Of a stretch of DNA of 64,000 nt, positions 10,615 through 21,449 are shown in pieces. Numbering within the stretch: position 1 is the stretch's first letter; each line of letters begins with the position of its first letter. The notes below the pieces were generated by a model. That model saw nothing but the letters and a program-made list of their open reading frames with translations, searched no databases and was not told the origin of the DNA. Origin of the DNA: a bacterium. Lineage in GTDB: Bacteria; Cyanobacteriota; Vampirovibrionia; Gastranaerophilales; JBAXKC01. The stretch covers positions 85,186-149,185 of the forward strand of contig JBAXKC010000002.1 of NCBI GenBank assembly GCA_037137535.1, given 5' to 3'. The translations under genes were made by a program, and so were the position numbers.

Positions 10615-10643
10615 TTGCAAAATATTTATTAATTGATTAGAAT
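10615..10643 (+). promoter_or_regulatory. Sigma70-type promoter of the arg operon leader
   Basis: TTGCAA (10615-10620), 17-nt spacer, TAGAAT (10638-10643). Confidence 0.65.
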
Positions 10644-10670
10644 TTAAAGAAAAGAAAAATTCAGGATCAA

Positions 10671-10739
10671 ATGAAATATTTAATTAAAAATAACAATCGA
10701 CGCCAATTACGTAAAGACTCATCAGGAGGCTTATGTTAG
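10671..10739 (+). CDS. Putative arginine-sensing leader peptide (22 aa, MKYLIKNNNRRQLRKDSSGGLC)
   Basis: ATG 10671 preceded by AGGA; Arg codons CGA-CGC (10698-10703) and CGT (10710-10712); TAG 10737-10739; lies between the promoter and a terminator upstream of argC. Confidence 0.65.
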   Translation: MKYLIKNNNRRQLRKDSSGGLC

Positions 10740-10787
10740 GCTGTGTTTGTTATTTTGCCGATACATATATAAAGTTTTTAAACTTTT

Positions 10788-10817
10788 TACCTCCTGTATT
10801 TCAGGGGGTATTTTTTT
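10788..10817 (+). terminator. Attenuator terminator in the arg leader
   Basis: TACCTCCTG-tattt-CAGGGGGTA stem (9 bp, one G-U) followed by 7 T, 44 nt upstream of argC; the 5' arm is also complementary to CAGGAGG at 10723-10729. Confidence 0.8.
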
Positions 10818-10861
10818 GTGTCAATTAAGAATTTTTTATTAAAAATAGGAATAAATAAATT

Positions 10862-11902
10862 ATGTTAACAGTTGGAATAATCGGTGCGACAGGCTATGCA
10901 GGAAGTGAACTTGTAAGAATTTTAGTAAATCATAAAGAAGTAGATAAAATACATTTGGTCTCAAAATCCTATGAAGGTAAGTCATTTAGTGATATTTACG
11001 GAAGTTTTAATAAAATTGTAGATTTTAATTGCCAAAACAGCTCATTAAAAGAACTTTCAGAAATATGTGATGTTGTTTTTCTAGCAATGCCACATGGAAT
11101 TGCAGCCGAAATTATTACGGACGAAATTATCACAAACACAAAGATTATTGATTTAGGTGCTGATTTCAGAATTGATTGTATCGATACTTATGAAAAATGG
11201 TACGAAATTAAGCATAAAGCAGAAAACCTAATTAATAAAGCAATTTATGGTCTTTGTGAATTAAACGCTGCTAAAATAAAAGATTATTCATTAGTTGCAA
11301 ACCCTGGTTGTTACACGACTTGTAGTATTCTGTCATTAGCACCTGCCTTAAAATACAAACTGATAAACACTGAAAACATTATCATAGATGCAAAATCAGG
11401 AGTTTCAGGAGCAGGAAGAAGTTTGAATACAGGTACATTATATTGCGAATCTAATGAAAACCTAAAATCCTATAAAGTTGCTTCTCACAGACATACACCC
11501 GAAATTGAGCAAGAATTGTCAAAAATTAGCGGGGAAAACATATGTTTAACGTTTACTCCTCATTTAGTACCCATGCAACGAGGAATTTTAACAACCTCCT
11601 ACACAAAACTTAAAAATAATAATTCATATCAAGAAATTTATGATGCCTACAAAGAATTTTATCAAGATAACTATTTTATTCGAGTATTAGAAAATGGAAA
11701 AATACCGGAAACCCGATGGGTAAAGAACTCTAACTTTTGTGACATAGGACTAGTATTAGATAAAAGAACTCAAACATTAATCATAATTGGTGCAATTGAT
11801 AATTTAATCAAAGGAGCTTCTGGGCAAGCAGTTCAAAATATGAATATATTGTTTGGATTTGATGAAAAGACAGGATTAGATTTAGTCCCAAGCTTTATTT
11901 AA
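10862..11902 (+). CDS. argC: N-acetyl-gamma-glutamyl-phosphate reductase
   Basis: GATGYAG, ANPGCYTT, DAKSGVSGAGR, HRHTPEI, IDNLIKGASGQAVQNMN. Confidence 0.98.
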   Translation: MLTVGIIGATGYAGSELVRILVNHKEVDKIHLVSKSYEGKSFSDIYGSFNKIVDFNCQNSSLKELSEICDVVFLAMPHGIAAEIITDEIITNTKIIDLGADFRIDCIDTYEKWYEIKHKAENLINKAIYGLCELNAAKIKDYSLVANPGCYTTCSILSLAPALKYKLINTENIIIDAKSGVSGAGRSLNTGTLYCESNENLKSYKVASHRHTPEIEQELSKISGENICLTFTPHLVPMQRGILTTSYTKLKNNNSYQEIYDAYKEFYQDNYFIRVLENGKIPETRWVKNSNFCDIGLVLDKRTQTLIIIGAIDNLIKGASGQAVQNMNILFGFDEKTGLDLVPSFI

Positions 11903-11914
11903 TTGGAGATTATA

Positions 11915-13135
11915 ATGAAAATAATTAACGGCACTATAAATTCACCTAAAGGCTTTAAATCAGCAGGGAATTTTATAGGTATAAAAAAACAAAAAAAAGA
12001 TTTAGCTATAATTTATTCTGAAGTTGATGCAGTAACAGCAGGTGTTTTAACGCTAAATAAAGTAAAAGCCGCTTGCGTAGTCAGAAACCAAGAAATTTTA
12101 AACAGTATTGATAAAATCAGAGCAATTGTAATAAATAGCGGTAATGCTAATGCTTGCACAGGTGAAGAAGGCAAACAAAATAATGTGATAATGGCTCAAA
12201 CATTAGCCAAAAGTCTTGATATTGAAGCTGATAAAGTAATTACTGCTTCAACAGGTGTTATCGGGGTACAATTAGACACAAATATTATAGTGGAAGGAAT
12301 AAAACAATCTGCTAAATTACTTGATATTAACCAACAAGCAGGATTGGATGCCGCTGAAGCAATAATGACGACTGATACTTTTACTAAAAACATTTGCGTA
12401 CAAATAGAAATTGATAAAAAGTTAGTAACTTTAAGTGGTATAGCAAAAGGATCTGGAATGATACATCCAAATATGGCCACTATGCTTGGTTTTATAACAA
12501 CAGATGCTAAAGTTTCACAATCAACATTAAATAATTTATTAAAAGAAATTGTTGACGATACCTACAATATGATTTCAGTTGATGGCGATACCAGCACAAA
12601 TGATATGGTTATTGTTATGGCAAATGGAGCAAGTGAATGTTCTGAAATAACTGAAAATCATTCACAATTTAATAAATTTAAAGAAGCATTTTATTATGTA
12701 AATGAATTTTTAGCTAAACAGATAATTTCTGATGGCGAAGGTGCCACAAAATTTTTAGAAGTATCAATTAGTGGAGCTAATTCAAAAGATAATGCTAAAA
12801 AACTTGCTAAATCAATTATTTCTTCAAGTTTAGTAAAAGCGGCATTTTTCGGTTGTGATGCAAACTGGGGAAGAATACTCGCTGCAATGGGATATTCTGA
12901 AGCTGATTTCAACCCACAAAGCGTAAATATATCTTTTAAAAGTGAAGCAGGCTTAATTGATCTAATGAAAAACGGAGTACCGATAAGTTTTGATGAAGAA
13001 ATAGCTTTAAAAATTCTAAAGCCTAAACATATTAATATTTTAATTTCCTTATCAGATGGAAACCATAAAGCAAAAGCGTGGGGCTGTGACTTAAGCTATG
13101 AATACGTAAAAATCAATGGTGAATACAGATCATAA
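11915..13135 (+). CDS. argJ: Glutamate N-acetyltransferase / ornithine acetyltransferase
   Basis: NSGNANACTG, KGSGMIHPNMATML (autocleavage site), DGDTSTND, DGEGATK; ATG 11915 after GGAG. Confidence 0.98.
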   Translation: MKIINGTINSPKGFKSAGNFIGIKKQKKDLAIIYSEVDAVTAGVLTLNKVKAACVVRNQEILNSIDKIRAIVINSGNANACTGEEGKQNNVIMAQTLAKSLDIEADKVITASTGVIGVQLDTNIIVEGIKQSAKLLDINQQAGLDAAEAIMTTDTFTKNICVQIEIDKKLVTLSGIAKGSGMIHPNMATMLGFITTDAKVSQSTLNNLLKEIVDDTYNMISVDGDTSTNDMVIVMANGASECSEITENHSQFNKFKEAFYYVNEFLAKQIISDGEGATKFLEVSISGANSKDNAKKLAKSIISSSLVKAAFFGCDANWGRILAAMGYSEADFNPQSVNISFKSEAGLIDLMKNGVPISFDEEIALKILKPKHINILISLSDGNHKAKAWGCDLSYEYVKINGEYRS

Positions 13136-13149
13136 ATAAAGGCAGAAAA

Positions 13150-14010
13150 ATGCATAAATACATTGAAAAAGCTAAAATATTAATCGAATCATTGCCATAC
13201 ATAAAGAAATTCAATGGTAAAACAGTTGTAATTAAGTATGGCGGAAGTGCAATGCTTAATGAAAATCTTAAAAAAGCTGTTATGCAAGATATTGCACTGA
13301 TGAAACTGGTTGGAATAAGACCTGTAATTGTACATGGAGGTGGTCCTGAAATAAATTCACTCTTAGAGAAAATCGGTAAAAAAGCTGAATTCATAGATGG
13401 ATTAAGAGTAACAGACGACGAAACAATGGAATGCGTCGAAATGGTTTTAGCAGGAAAAGTCAATAAATCAATAGTAAATCACCTTTTAAATATCGGCGGA
13501 AATGCTGTAGGAATAAGCGGAAAAGATGCAAATATTATTGAAGCGGAAAAAAAATTAGTAAACGGAAAAGATGTGGGATTAGTTGGTGAAGTGAAAAATG
13601 TTAATCCACAACTGATAAACACGCTTATAGAAAGCGACTTTGTCCCTGTAATAGCTCCTGTCGGCAGAGATAAAATAGGCTTAACCTATAATATCAACGC
13701 TGATTATGCAGCTGAAGCCATAGCAGTTGCTCTAAATGCTGAGAAATTAGTATTTTTAACTGACGTAGAGGGAGTTTTAATGAATAAAAATGACTCTTCT
13801 TCTCTAATTTCTTCCTTAAAAGTAAATACCTCTGAAAAATTGATTGAGGCAAAAATTATTCAAGGCGGAATGATACCAAAAATTGAGTGTTGCAACAGAG
13901 CCGTTAAAAATGGTGTTAAAACAGTTCACATTCTTGACGGAAGAGTTGAACACAGTCTTTTACTGGAAATTTTTACGGAAGCAGGCATTGGGACAATGAT
14001 AGAGGAATAA
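13150..14010 (+). CDS. argB: Acetylglutamate kinase
   Basis: VIKYGGSAM, VHGGGPEI, GLRVTD, NINAD, GGMIPK. Confidence 0.98.
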   Translation: MHKYIEKAKILIESLPYIKKFNGKTVVIKYGGSAMLNENLKKAVMQDIALMKLVGIRPVIVHGGGPEINSLLEKIGKKAEFIDGLRVTDDETMECVEMVLAGKVNKSIVNHLLNIGGNAVGISGKDANIIEAEKKLVNGKDVGLVGEVKNVNPQLINTLIESDFVPVIAPVGRDKIGLTYNINADYAAEAIAVALNAEKLVFLTDVEGVLMNKNDSSSLISSLKVNTSEKLIEAKIIQGGMIPKIECCNRAVKNGVKTVHILDGRVEHSLLLEIFTEAGIGTMIEE

Positions 14011-14012
14011 TT

Positions 14013-15191
14013 ATGCAAAATCTTATTGAAAAAAGTAAAAAATATAAAATGAATACTTATGCCTCGTTTGATATTGTACTGGAAAGTGGTAATGGAAGTA
14101 CATTAAAAGACATTAACGGCAAAGAATACCTTGATTTTGTATCAGGGATAGCTGTTAATAGTCTGGGATACGGTCAGACAGACATATTAAAAGCATTAGT
14201 AGGACAAGCTTGCATGCTTACGCACTGCTCAAATCTATATTTAAACTTAAATGAAATTGAGCTTGCGGAAAAACTTGTTGAAAATTCTTGTTTTGACAAA
14301 GTCTTTTTCTGTAACAGCGGTACAGAATCTGTTGAAGCCGCTATAAAATTAGCAAAAAAATATGGTAAAACACAAAAAAATATAGATACACCTGAAATTA
14401 TAAGTATGAAACAATCTTTTCATGGAAGAACACTTGGTGCTCTAACTGCAACAGGGCAAGATAAATATCAATCAAGTTTTACTCCTTTGTTAAGTGGCTT
14501 TAATTATGCAGAATTTAATAATATTGAATCAGTTAAATCAATAATAAATGAAAAAACATGCGCTGTCATAATTGAAATTATTCAAGGTGAAGGCGGGATT
14601 TTACCAGCTACAACTGATTTTATTAAAGAACTAAGAGAAATTACGCAAGATAAACATATTTTATTAATAATAGACGAAGTTCAAACAGGAATTGGCAGAA
14701 CAGGCAAACTTTTTGCTCATCAGCATTACGGAATAGAACCGGATATTATGACTTTAGCTAAAGGCTTAGGTGGTGGAGTTCCAATAGGTGCAATGCTTGC
14801 GAAAGATTTTGTCGCTAATTCTTTTATAGCAGGCGATCATGCTTCAACATTCGGTGGAAATCCTCTTGCTTGTGGAGCAGCCATTGCTGTACTAGATAAA
14901 ATATTATCCGATTGTTTCTTCGATGAAGTTAAAGCAAAAGGTCATTATCTTAAAGAGCGATTATTAGAATTAAATATCGAAAATACGGAAGTTCGAGGAA
15001 TGGGACTAATGTTTGGAATGGAGTTTTCTTTTCCAGTCAAACCAATTATAGAAAAATGCATAGAAAACGGATTATTATTGATAGGAGCAGGTGCCAACGT
15101 TATAAGGTTTGTACCTCCTCTGATAATAGAGTTTGAAGAGATTGATAAAGCAGTAGATATACTGCAATCTGCACTTTTGGAGATTAAATAA
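14013..15191 (+). CDS. argD: Acetylornithine aminotransferase (class III PLP)
   Basis: FHGRTLG, DEVQTGIGRTG, TLAKGLGGG, STFGGNPLA; operon context. Confidence 0.95.
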   Translation: MQNLIEKSKKYKMNTYASFDIVLESGNGSTLKDINGKEYLDFVSGIAVNSLGYGQTDILKALVGQACMLTHCSNLYLNLNEIELAEKLVENSCFDKVFFCNSGTESVEAAIKLAKKYGKTQKNIDTPEIISMKQSFHGRTLGALTATGQDKYQSSFTPLLSGFNYAEFNNIESVKSIINEKTCAVIIEIIQGEGGILPATTDFIKELREITQDKHILLIIDEVQTGIGRTGKLFAHQHYGIEPDIMTLAKGLGGGVPIGAMLAKDFVANSFIAGDHASTFGGNPLACGAAIAVLDKILSDCFFDEVKAKGHYLKERLLELNIENTEVRGMGLMFGMEFSFPVKPIIEKCIENGLLLIGAGANVIRFVPPLIIEFEEIDKAVDILQSALLEIK

Positions 15192-16261
15192 TGAAAGCAA
15201 ATATATTACTAGAAGATGGAACAGTTCTTCAAGGTAAATTTTTTGGAAAAGTGGGAACAGCATTCGGAGAAATCGTTTTTAATACAGGAATGACGGGCTA
15301 TCAAGAAGTATTAACTGATCCTTCTTATGCTGGACAAATTGTTGTAATGACATATCCGTTAATTGGAAGTTATGGCACAAATAATAATGATATTGAATCA
15401 AAAAGTCCTAAAGTAAACGGTTTCATAGTAAAAGAATACGTAAATGACTGCTCTAACAGGAAATCAGATCAAAACTTATCAGATTATCTTGAACAAAATA
15501 ATATTGTAGCTGTATATGACCTAGACACAAGAATGTTAACCAAAAAAATCAGAAATCAAGGTGCGATGAAGTGCTTAATAACAAATGAAACCCTGAGTGA
15601 TTGGCACACAATCTCACTTCAAAATTATAGCTTTCCATCTGATGTAGTAAGTCAGGTTTCGCAAAAAGAAGTTACGAACATCAGCGGAACAGGCAAAAAA
15701 ATAGCTTTAATTGACCTTGGTATAAAGAATGGAATAATTGAAAACTTTAAAAGATTAAACTGCGATATAACAGTTTATCCACATGATGTTACTGCGGATA
15801 CTATTTTAAATAATGATTATGGTGCAGTATTCTTTTCAAATGGCCCTGGAGACCCAAAAGAAGCTAAAGAAGCGATAACAGCGGCAAAGCTCTTAATAGG
15901 AAAAATCCCTGTTTTTGCAATTTGTTTAGGTCAACAAATTTTGGCTTTAGCATTAGGTGCAGATACTTACAAGATGAAATTCGGACATAGAGGGGCTAAT
16001 CATCCAGTTATTGATGTAAGAACAAATAGAGTAATGATTACTTCTCAAAATCATGGTTATGCCGTTAAAGGTGAAACCTTACCAGATAACATAAAAATTA
16101 CTCACATAAATGTAAATGACGAAACAATTGAAGGTTTTTATTCGACCGAGTTGAATATTCATTCCGTTCAATTCCACCCTGAAGCTGGCCCTGGACCAGA
16201 TGATGCCTGTTATATATTTGACGATTGGATGAAATTACTGGAGATTGAACAAAATGCCTAA
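15191..16261 (+). CDS. carA: Carbamoyl-phosphate synthase small subunit
   Basis: [32 protein letters not shown]. Confidence 0.98.
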   Translation: MKANILLEDGTVLQGKFFGKVGTAFGEIVFNTGMTGYQEVLTDPSYAGQIVVMTYPLIGSYGTNNNDIESKSPKVNGFIVKEYVNDCSNRKSDQNLSDYLEQNNIVAVYDLDTRMLTKKIRNQGAMKCLITNETLSDWHTISLQNYSFPSDVVSQVSQKEVTNISGTGKKIALIDLGIKNGIIENFKRLNCDITVYPHDVTADTILNNDYGAVFFSNGPGDPKEAKEAITAAKLLIGKIPVFAICLGQQILALALGADTYKMKFGHRGANHPVIDVRTNRVMITSQNHGYAVKGETLPDNIKITHINVNDETIEGFYSTELNIHSVQFHPEAGPGPDDACYIFDDWMKLLEIEQNA

Positions 16262-19200
16262 AAATAACGATATAAAAAAAGTTCTGGTAATTGGCTCAGG
16301 ACCAATAATAATTGGACAAGCTGCTGAATTTGATTACGCAGGTACTCAAGCCTGTAAATCTCTGAAAGAAGAAGGTATTAAAGTTATTCTTGTAAATAGC
16401 AACCCTGCAACAATAATGACCGATGATAACATTGCAGATAAGGTTTATATTCAGCCGATAAATGTACAGGCAATAGAATATATTATCAACAAAGAAAGAC
16501 CTGACGGACTTTTGCCGACTTTAGGCGGTCAAACAGGCTTAAATATGGCGGTTGAGCTTAATGAAGCAGGAATATTAGAGAAATACAACGTAAAACTTTT
16601 AGGAACGTCCTTAGATACAATTAAAAAAGCAGAAGACAGAGAAAGTTTTAAAGAATTAATGCAGGAAATAGGCGAGCCTATACCAAAAAGCAAAATTGTT
16701 GAAACTCTGGAAGATGGTTTAGCTTTTGCAACTGAAACAGGTTATCCTCTAATAGTAAGACCAGCTTATACTCTTGGCGGAACAGGAGGTGGTATAGCCT
16801 TTAATGAAGGAGAACTAAAAAAAGTTTTATATTCTGGATTAATGCACAGTAGAATAAATCAGGTTTTACTTGAGCAAAGCGTTGCAGGTTTCAAAGAAAT
16901 AGAATATGAAGTAATGAGAGATTCTAATGATACTTGCATTGTCATCTGTAACATGGAAAATCTTGATCCTGTCGGTATTCATACAGGTGATAGCATAGTT
17001 GTTGCACCATCACAAACGCTAAGAGATGAAGAATATCAAATGTTGAGAAGTTCTTCAATTAAAATAATCAAAGCCTTAAAAATCGAGGGAGGCTGTAATG
17101 TTCAATACGCATTAAATCCCGATTCACTTGAGTATTTCGTAATTGAAGTAAACCCGAGAGTCAGCAGATCATCTGCTTTAGCATCAAAAGCGGCAGGCTA
17201 TCCAATTGCTAAAATTGCTGCAAAAATAGCAATTGGTTTACATTTACACGAAATACCGAATTACGTTACAAAAAAAACTAAAGCCTCTTTCGAGCCTGTA
17301 TTAGATTATATAGTTACTAAAATTCCTAAGTTTCCTTTTGATAAATTTTCTTATGCTGATAAGACTCTTGGTACTCAAATGAAAGCTACTGGAGAAGTTA
17401 TGGCAATAGACAGGACTTTTGAAAGTTCTTTTCTTAAAGCTATGATTTCACTTGAAGGCGGAGAAACAGGTTTAAGAAGAACTTATTTATCAGAAATGAG
17501 CGATGAAGAAATTCTGGAAAGCCTTAAAGAAATAACTGAGTGCAGAATTTTAAACGTAGCAGAGGCTTTAAGAAGAGATATTTCGATAGAAACAATATAT
17601 TCTATTACGAAAATTGATAAATGGTTTTTAAATAAACTTAAAAACATTACAAATATGGAAAACAGGCTAAAAAGAGAACTTTTAACGGCTAATTTATTGA
17701 AAACGTGTGAAGCAATGGGCTTTACGGACAATGAAATATGCGAACTCTCAGACGAACCGCTCGAAGTATTAGACACTCTTAGAAGAGTTTACAACCTTTA
17801 TCCTGTCTATAAAATAGTTGATACTTGCGCAGGCGAATTTGAATCAGCAACACCATACTATTATTCAACCTATGAACAAGAAGACGAAAATATAATCAGC
17901 AATAGGGAAAAAGTTATAGTAATTGGTTCAGGACCTATAAGAATTGGACAGGGCATTGAGTTTGATTATTGTTCAGTACACGCAGCATGGGCTATTCAAG
18001 AAGCTGGACATGAGTCGATAATAATTAATAATAATCCAGAAACAGTTAGTACAGACTTTGATACAGCTGATAAATTATATTTCGAGCCTTTATATATAGA
18101 AGATGTATTTAACGCAATAAGAAAAGAAATGCCCAAAGGAGTAATTGTACAATTTGGCGGACAAACTGCTATTAATCTTGCTCCTAAACTTCTTAAAAGA
18201 GGCGTTCAGATACTTGGAACATCAGTTGATTCAATAGATGTAGCAGAGGATAGAAAAAGATTTGAAAGATTATTAAGAGAGCTTGGAATACCACAACCTA
18301 ACGGAACAGCAGTAACAAACCTTGAAGATGCCGTAACAGCCGCAGAAACTCTAGGTTATCCCGTATTAGTAAGACCTTCTTATGTAATAGGCGGAAGAGC
18401 AATGCAAGTTGTGCTCTCAAAAGAAGAGCTTATTTTATATGTTCTTGAAGCAGCTTCATTATCTGATGAACATCCGATTTTAATTGATAGCTATATAAAA
18501 GGTAAAGAAGTCGAAGTTGATGCAATATCAGATAGAGAAAATATCTTAATCCCAGGAATAATGGAGCATATAGAAAAAACAGGAGTTCATTCAGGGGACA
18601 GCATAACCGTTTATCCGACACAAACTCTTTCTAGAAATGTAATTGATAAAATGATTGGTTATACAGAAAAAATTGCAAAAGCACTTCAAGTAATAGGACT
18701 AATGAATATTCAATTTGTCGTAAAAGATGAAGATGTTTTTGTAATCGAAGTTAATCCTAGAGCCTCAAGAACGGTGCCAATTCTAAGTAAAGTAACTAAA
18801 GTTCCTATGGTTAATATTGCAGTAAGAACAATATTGGGCGAAAAGTTAAAAAATATGGAATACGGAGTCGGCTTAATGCCCACAAGCAATCTTGTAGCAG
18901 TAAAAATACCAGTCTTTTCCTTTCAAAAACTTCATGGTGTCGATGTAGCATTAACACCTGAAATGAAATCAACTGGAGAAGTATTAGGAGTTGCTGAAAA
19001 TTATGAAGAAGCCTTATTAAAAGGCTTTATGGGAGCTGATTATAAGTTTTTCAACGGCGGTAAGATTTTAGTTTCTATTTCAGATAATGATAAAGAAGAT
19101 TTAATAGTACCACTTAAAAAAATAATTAAAAAAGGTTTTAAGGTAGTAGCAACACAAAAAACTTACGAATATTTAAAATGCAATAATATTGACACAGAAG

Positions 19201-19460
19201 TGATTGATATAGAAAATATTGACGAAATAATAAATAAAATCAAATCGGGAGAAATAAATTTAGTTATCAACACACCTACATTAGGAAAAAATCCTAAAAG
19301 AGCAGGATTTAAAATAAGGCAGGCTGCTCAACAATATAAGATACCGACATTTACATGTATTGATACTTTTGATGCTTACATAAAAGCATTAACAGCTTAT
19401 CAAAATAAAGATAAATTAACATTTGAAACTATTGATTACTACATAAAAGGAGAAAAATAA
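16254..19460 (+). CDS. carB: Carbamoyl-phosphate synthase large subunit
   Basis: [17 protein letters not shown], duplicated ATP-grasp domains (EVNPRVSRS / EVNPRASRT), C-terminal MGS domain; ATG 16254. Confidence 0.98.
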   Translation: MPKNNDIKKVLVIGSGPIIIGQAAEFDYAGTQACKSLKEEGIKVILVNSNPATIMTDDNIADKVYIQPINVQAIEYIINKERPDGLLPTLGGQTGLNMAVELNEAGILEKYNVKLLGTSLDTIKKAEDRESFKELMQEIGEPIPKSKIVETLEDGLAFATETGYPLIVRPAYTLGGTGGGIAFNEGELKKVLYSGLMHSRINQVLLEQSVAGFKEIEYEVMRDSNDTCIVICNMENLDPVGIHTGDSIVVAPSQTLRDEEYQMLRSSSIKIIKALKIEGGCNVQYALNPDSLEYFVIEVNPRVSRSSALASKAAGYPIAKIAAKIAIGLHLHEIPNYVTKKTKASFEPVLDYIVTKIPKFPFDKFSYADKTLGTQMKATGEVMAIDRTFESSFLKAMISLEGGETGLRRTYLSEMSDEEILESLKEITECRILNVAEALRRDISIETIYSITKIDKWFLNKLKNITNMENRLKRELLTANLLKTCEAMGFTDNEICELSDEPLEVLDTLRRVYNLYPVYKIVDTCAGEFESATPYYYSTYEQEDENIISNREKVIVIGSGPIRIGQGIEFDYCSVHAAWAIQEAGHESIIINNNPETVSTDFDTADKLYFEPLYIEDVFNAIRKEMPKGVIVQFGGQTAINLAPKLLKRGVQILGTSVDSIDVAEDRKRFERLLRELGIPQPNGTAVTNLEDAVTAAETLGYPVLVRPSYVIGGRAMQVVLSKEELILYVLEAASLSDEHPILIDSYIKGKEVEVDAISDRENILIPGIMEHIEKTGVHSGDSITVYPTQTLSRNVIDKMIGYTEKIAKALQVIGLMNIQFVVKDEDVFVIEVNPRASRTVPILSKVTKVPMVNIAVRTILGEKLKNMEYGVGLMPTSNLVAVKIPVFSFQKLHGVDVALTPEMKSTGEVLGVAENYEEALLKGFMGADYKFFNGGKILVSISDNDKEDLIVPLKKIIKKGFKVVATQKTYEYLKCNNIDTEVIDIENIDEIINKIKSGEINLVINTPTLGKNPKRAGFKIRQAAQQYKIPTFTCIDTFDAYIKALTAYQNKDKLTFETIDYYIKGEK

Positions 19461-20674
19461 TGAAAAAGAAGGTAGTTCTTGCATACTCAGGCGGACTTGA
19501 TACTACGGTAATTATTCCATGGTTAAAAGAAAATTATGATTATGATGTAATAGCCGTTTGCGTTGACTTAGGACAAGGAACTGAAACAGAAGGCTTGGAA
19601 GAAAAAGCTATATCAACAGGCGCAAGTAAATTCTTTTTAGTAGATGTTAAAGATGAATTCGTAACTGACTATATTTTCCCGACATTAAAAGCAGGGGCGA
19701 TATATGAAAATAGATATTTACTCGGAACTTCAATGGCAAGACCTTTAATTGCAAAAGTATTGGCGAAAATTGCAATTGAAGAAGGCGCAGAAGCGATTTG
19801 CCACGGTGCGACAGGCAAAGGTAACGATCAAGTTAGATTTGAACTTGGAATTAAAGCATTTGCTCCAAATATGAAAATAATTGCTCCTTGGAGAATGTGG
19901 GATTTAAAATCAAGAGAAGATTTAATAAATTATTTACAAAAGAAAGGTATAAATTTACCTTTCAGAGTAACTGAAAGTTACAGCAGAGATAAAAATTTAT
20001 GGCACTTAAGTCATGAAGGTTTAGAGCTTGAAGATCCATCAGTTGAACCTGATTACGAAAAGATTTTACAAATAGCAGTACCTCTTGAAAAAGCATCAGA
20101 TACACCTGAATATGTTGAACTTGAGTTTATAAAAGGTATTCCTGTAAAACTTAACGGTGAAGAAGTTTCACCCGTTGAATTAATTAAACAACTTAATATT
20201 ATTGGCGGAAGACACTCAGTTGGACTTACTGATTTAGTCGAAAACAGAGTTGTAGGAATAAAAGCCAGAGGAGTTTATGAAAATCCGGCTGGAGCTGTAT
20301 TATTCTTTGCTCATGAACAACTTGAACATATTTGCCTCGACAGACAAACCTACTCTTTCAAGCAAAATGTAGCTAACAGGTTTGCAGAGCTTACTTATGC
20401 AGGTGAATGGTTCACATTACTAAGAGAATCATTAAGTGCTTTTATTGATTACACTCAGCTTACAGTAACAGGTACTGTTAAACTTAAACTTTTCAAAGGA
20501 AATATAATTCCTGCTGGCACAACTTCACCGTATTCTTTATATGATGAAAGCCTTGCAAGCTTTACAACCGGCGATTTATACAGCCACAAAGACGCAGAAG
20601 GCTTTATTAATCTGTATGGTTTACCAATTAAAGTCAGAGCCTTAATGTCCGAAGCTAAAGGTTTATTGATTTAA
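19460..20674 (+). CDS. argG: Argininosuccinate synthase
   Basis: [39 protein letters not shown]. Confidence 0.98.
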   Translation: MKKKVVLAYSGGLDTTVIIPWLKENYDYDVIAVCVDLGQGTETEGLEEKAISTGASKFFLVDVKDEFVTDYIFPTLKAGAIYENRYLLGTSMARPLIAKVLAKIAIEEGAEAICHGATGKGNDQVRFELGIKAFAPNMKIIAPWRMWDLKSREDLINYLQKKGINLPFRVTESYSRDKNLWHLSHEGLELEDPSVEPDYEKILQIAVPLEKASDTPEYVELEFIKGIPVKLNGEEVSPVELIKQLNIIGGRHSVGLTDLVENRVVGIKARGVYENPAGAVLFFAHEQLEHICLDRQTYSFKQNVANRFAELTYAGEWFTLLRESLSAFIDYTQLTVTGTVKLKLFKGNIIPAGTTSPYSLYDESLASFTTGDLYSHKDAEGFINLYGLPIKVRALMSEAKGLLI

Positions 20675-20688
20675 TTATTCCATTCAAT

Positions 20689-20722
20689 AAAAAATGGGCT
20701 TATGTTAAAAGCCCATTTTTTT
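20689..20722. terminator. Bidirectional intrinsic terminator
   Basis: AAAAAATGGGCTT-atgttaa-AAGCCCATTTTTTT between convergent genes. Confidence 0.85.
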
Positions 20723-20750
20723 ATGTTGTTTAGAGTTATTTATCTAAACA

Positions 20751-21086
20751 CTAACCAATAGCACTAAAAGTAACAGTTTCTCTGTTTTTTTCTTGATTTA
20801 CACCATAAAGCAAACTTTTAATAGTTTCACGACTTGCCCCAGAGTTTAATAGCCCATCTTTTATAAAATCATAATCCGTTATAGACATTTGAGGATTATC
20901 GGTATTAATGCCAATAGAATCAGCGGAAGAGGAGATTATAATATCTTTGTATTTAGGATTATCACCATGTTCTTTAATATTTTTCAAACTATTATATACA
21001 GCCTTTTGATCAGCACAATTTTGACCACATGGTCGAAAATCAAGTTTGTAATTTCCTGTAAAAGCAATGTTATTGTTTAATTTCAC
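20751..21086 (-). CDS. Hypothetical protein (111 aa)
   Basis: GTG start about 9 nt after AGGAG; converges on the shared terminator. Confidence 0.6.
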   Translation of the reverse strand: MKLNNNIAFTGNYKLDFRPCGQNCADQKAVYNSLKNIKEHGDNPKYKDIIISSSADSIGINTDNPQMSITDYDFIKDGLLNSGASRETIKSLLYGVNQEKNRETVTFSAIG

Positions 21087-21449
21087 TTTGCATATCTCCT
21101 TATAAAATCATATAGCTTAAAAGTCAGGTAAAAATGTTATTACCAATTATATAATTTTACAAAAAACATATTAGTATTGAAATCTATAGAGATATAAAGA
21201 TTCGGTATATTTAAGATTATCTCAGTTTTCTTTTATTTTATTCAAACTTTTGAATACGACTTCTTGAATATCAGGAAATGTTGAGAAAATTGTTTTGATA
21301 AATTCAAAAAATCCAAATAAATATATTTTTGTAAAGTATAGTTTACTCAAAGAACAATTAAAATAGATATGTTGTTTTTATATATTCAAACATTATACTT
21401 ATTTTAATATATAACTAATGCATATTAATAATTGCAGGAAATAAATTTT

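Noticed and set aside
10733-10828. Alternative uORF MLGCVCYFADTY… using AGGAGG (10724-10729) as RBS
   Set aside because: Only 3 nt between AGGAGG and ATG, no Arg codons, and it runs through the terminator; the motif is better explained as the antiterminator arm, though not excluded.
10440-10860. T-box riboswitch or ArgR boxes upstream of argC
   Set aside because: No GGTGGNACC T-box sequence and no convincing TGAAT-N4-ATTCA palindrome found by eye.
21140-21320. Minus-strand open stretch FIKTIFSTFPDIQEVVF… weakly like an MNT N-terminus
   Set aside because: No start codon or GS/DxD motif; too short to support.
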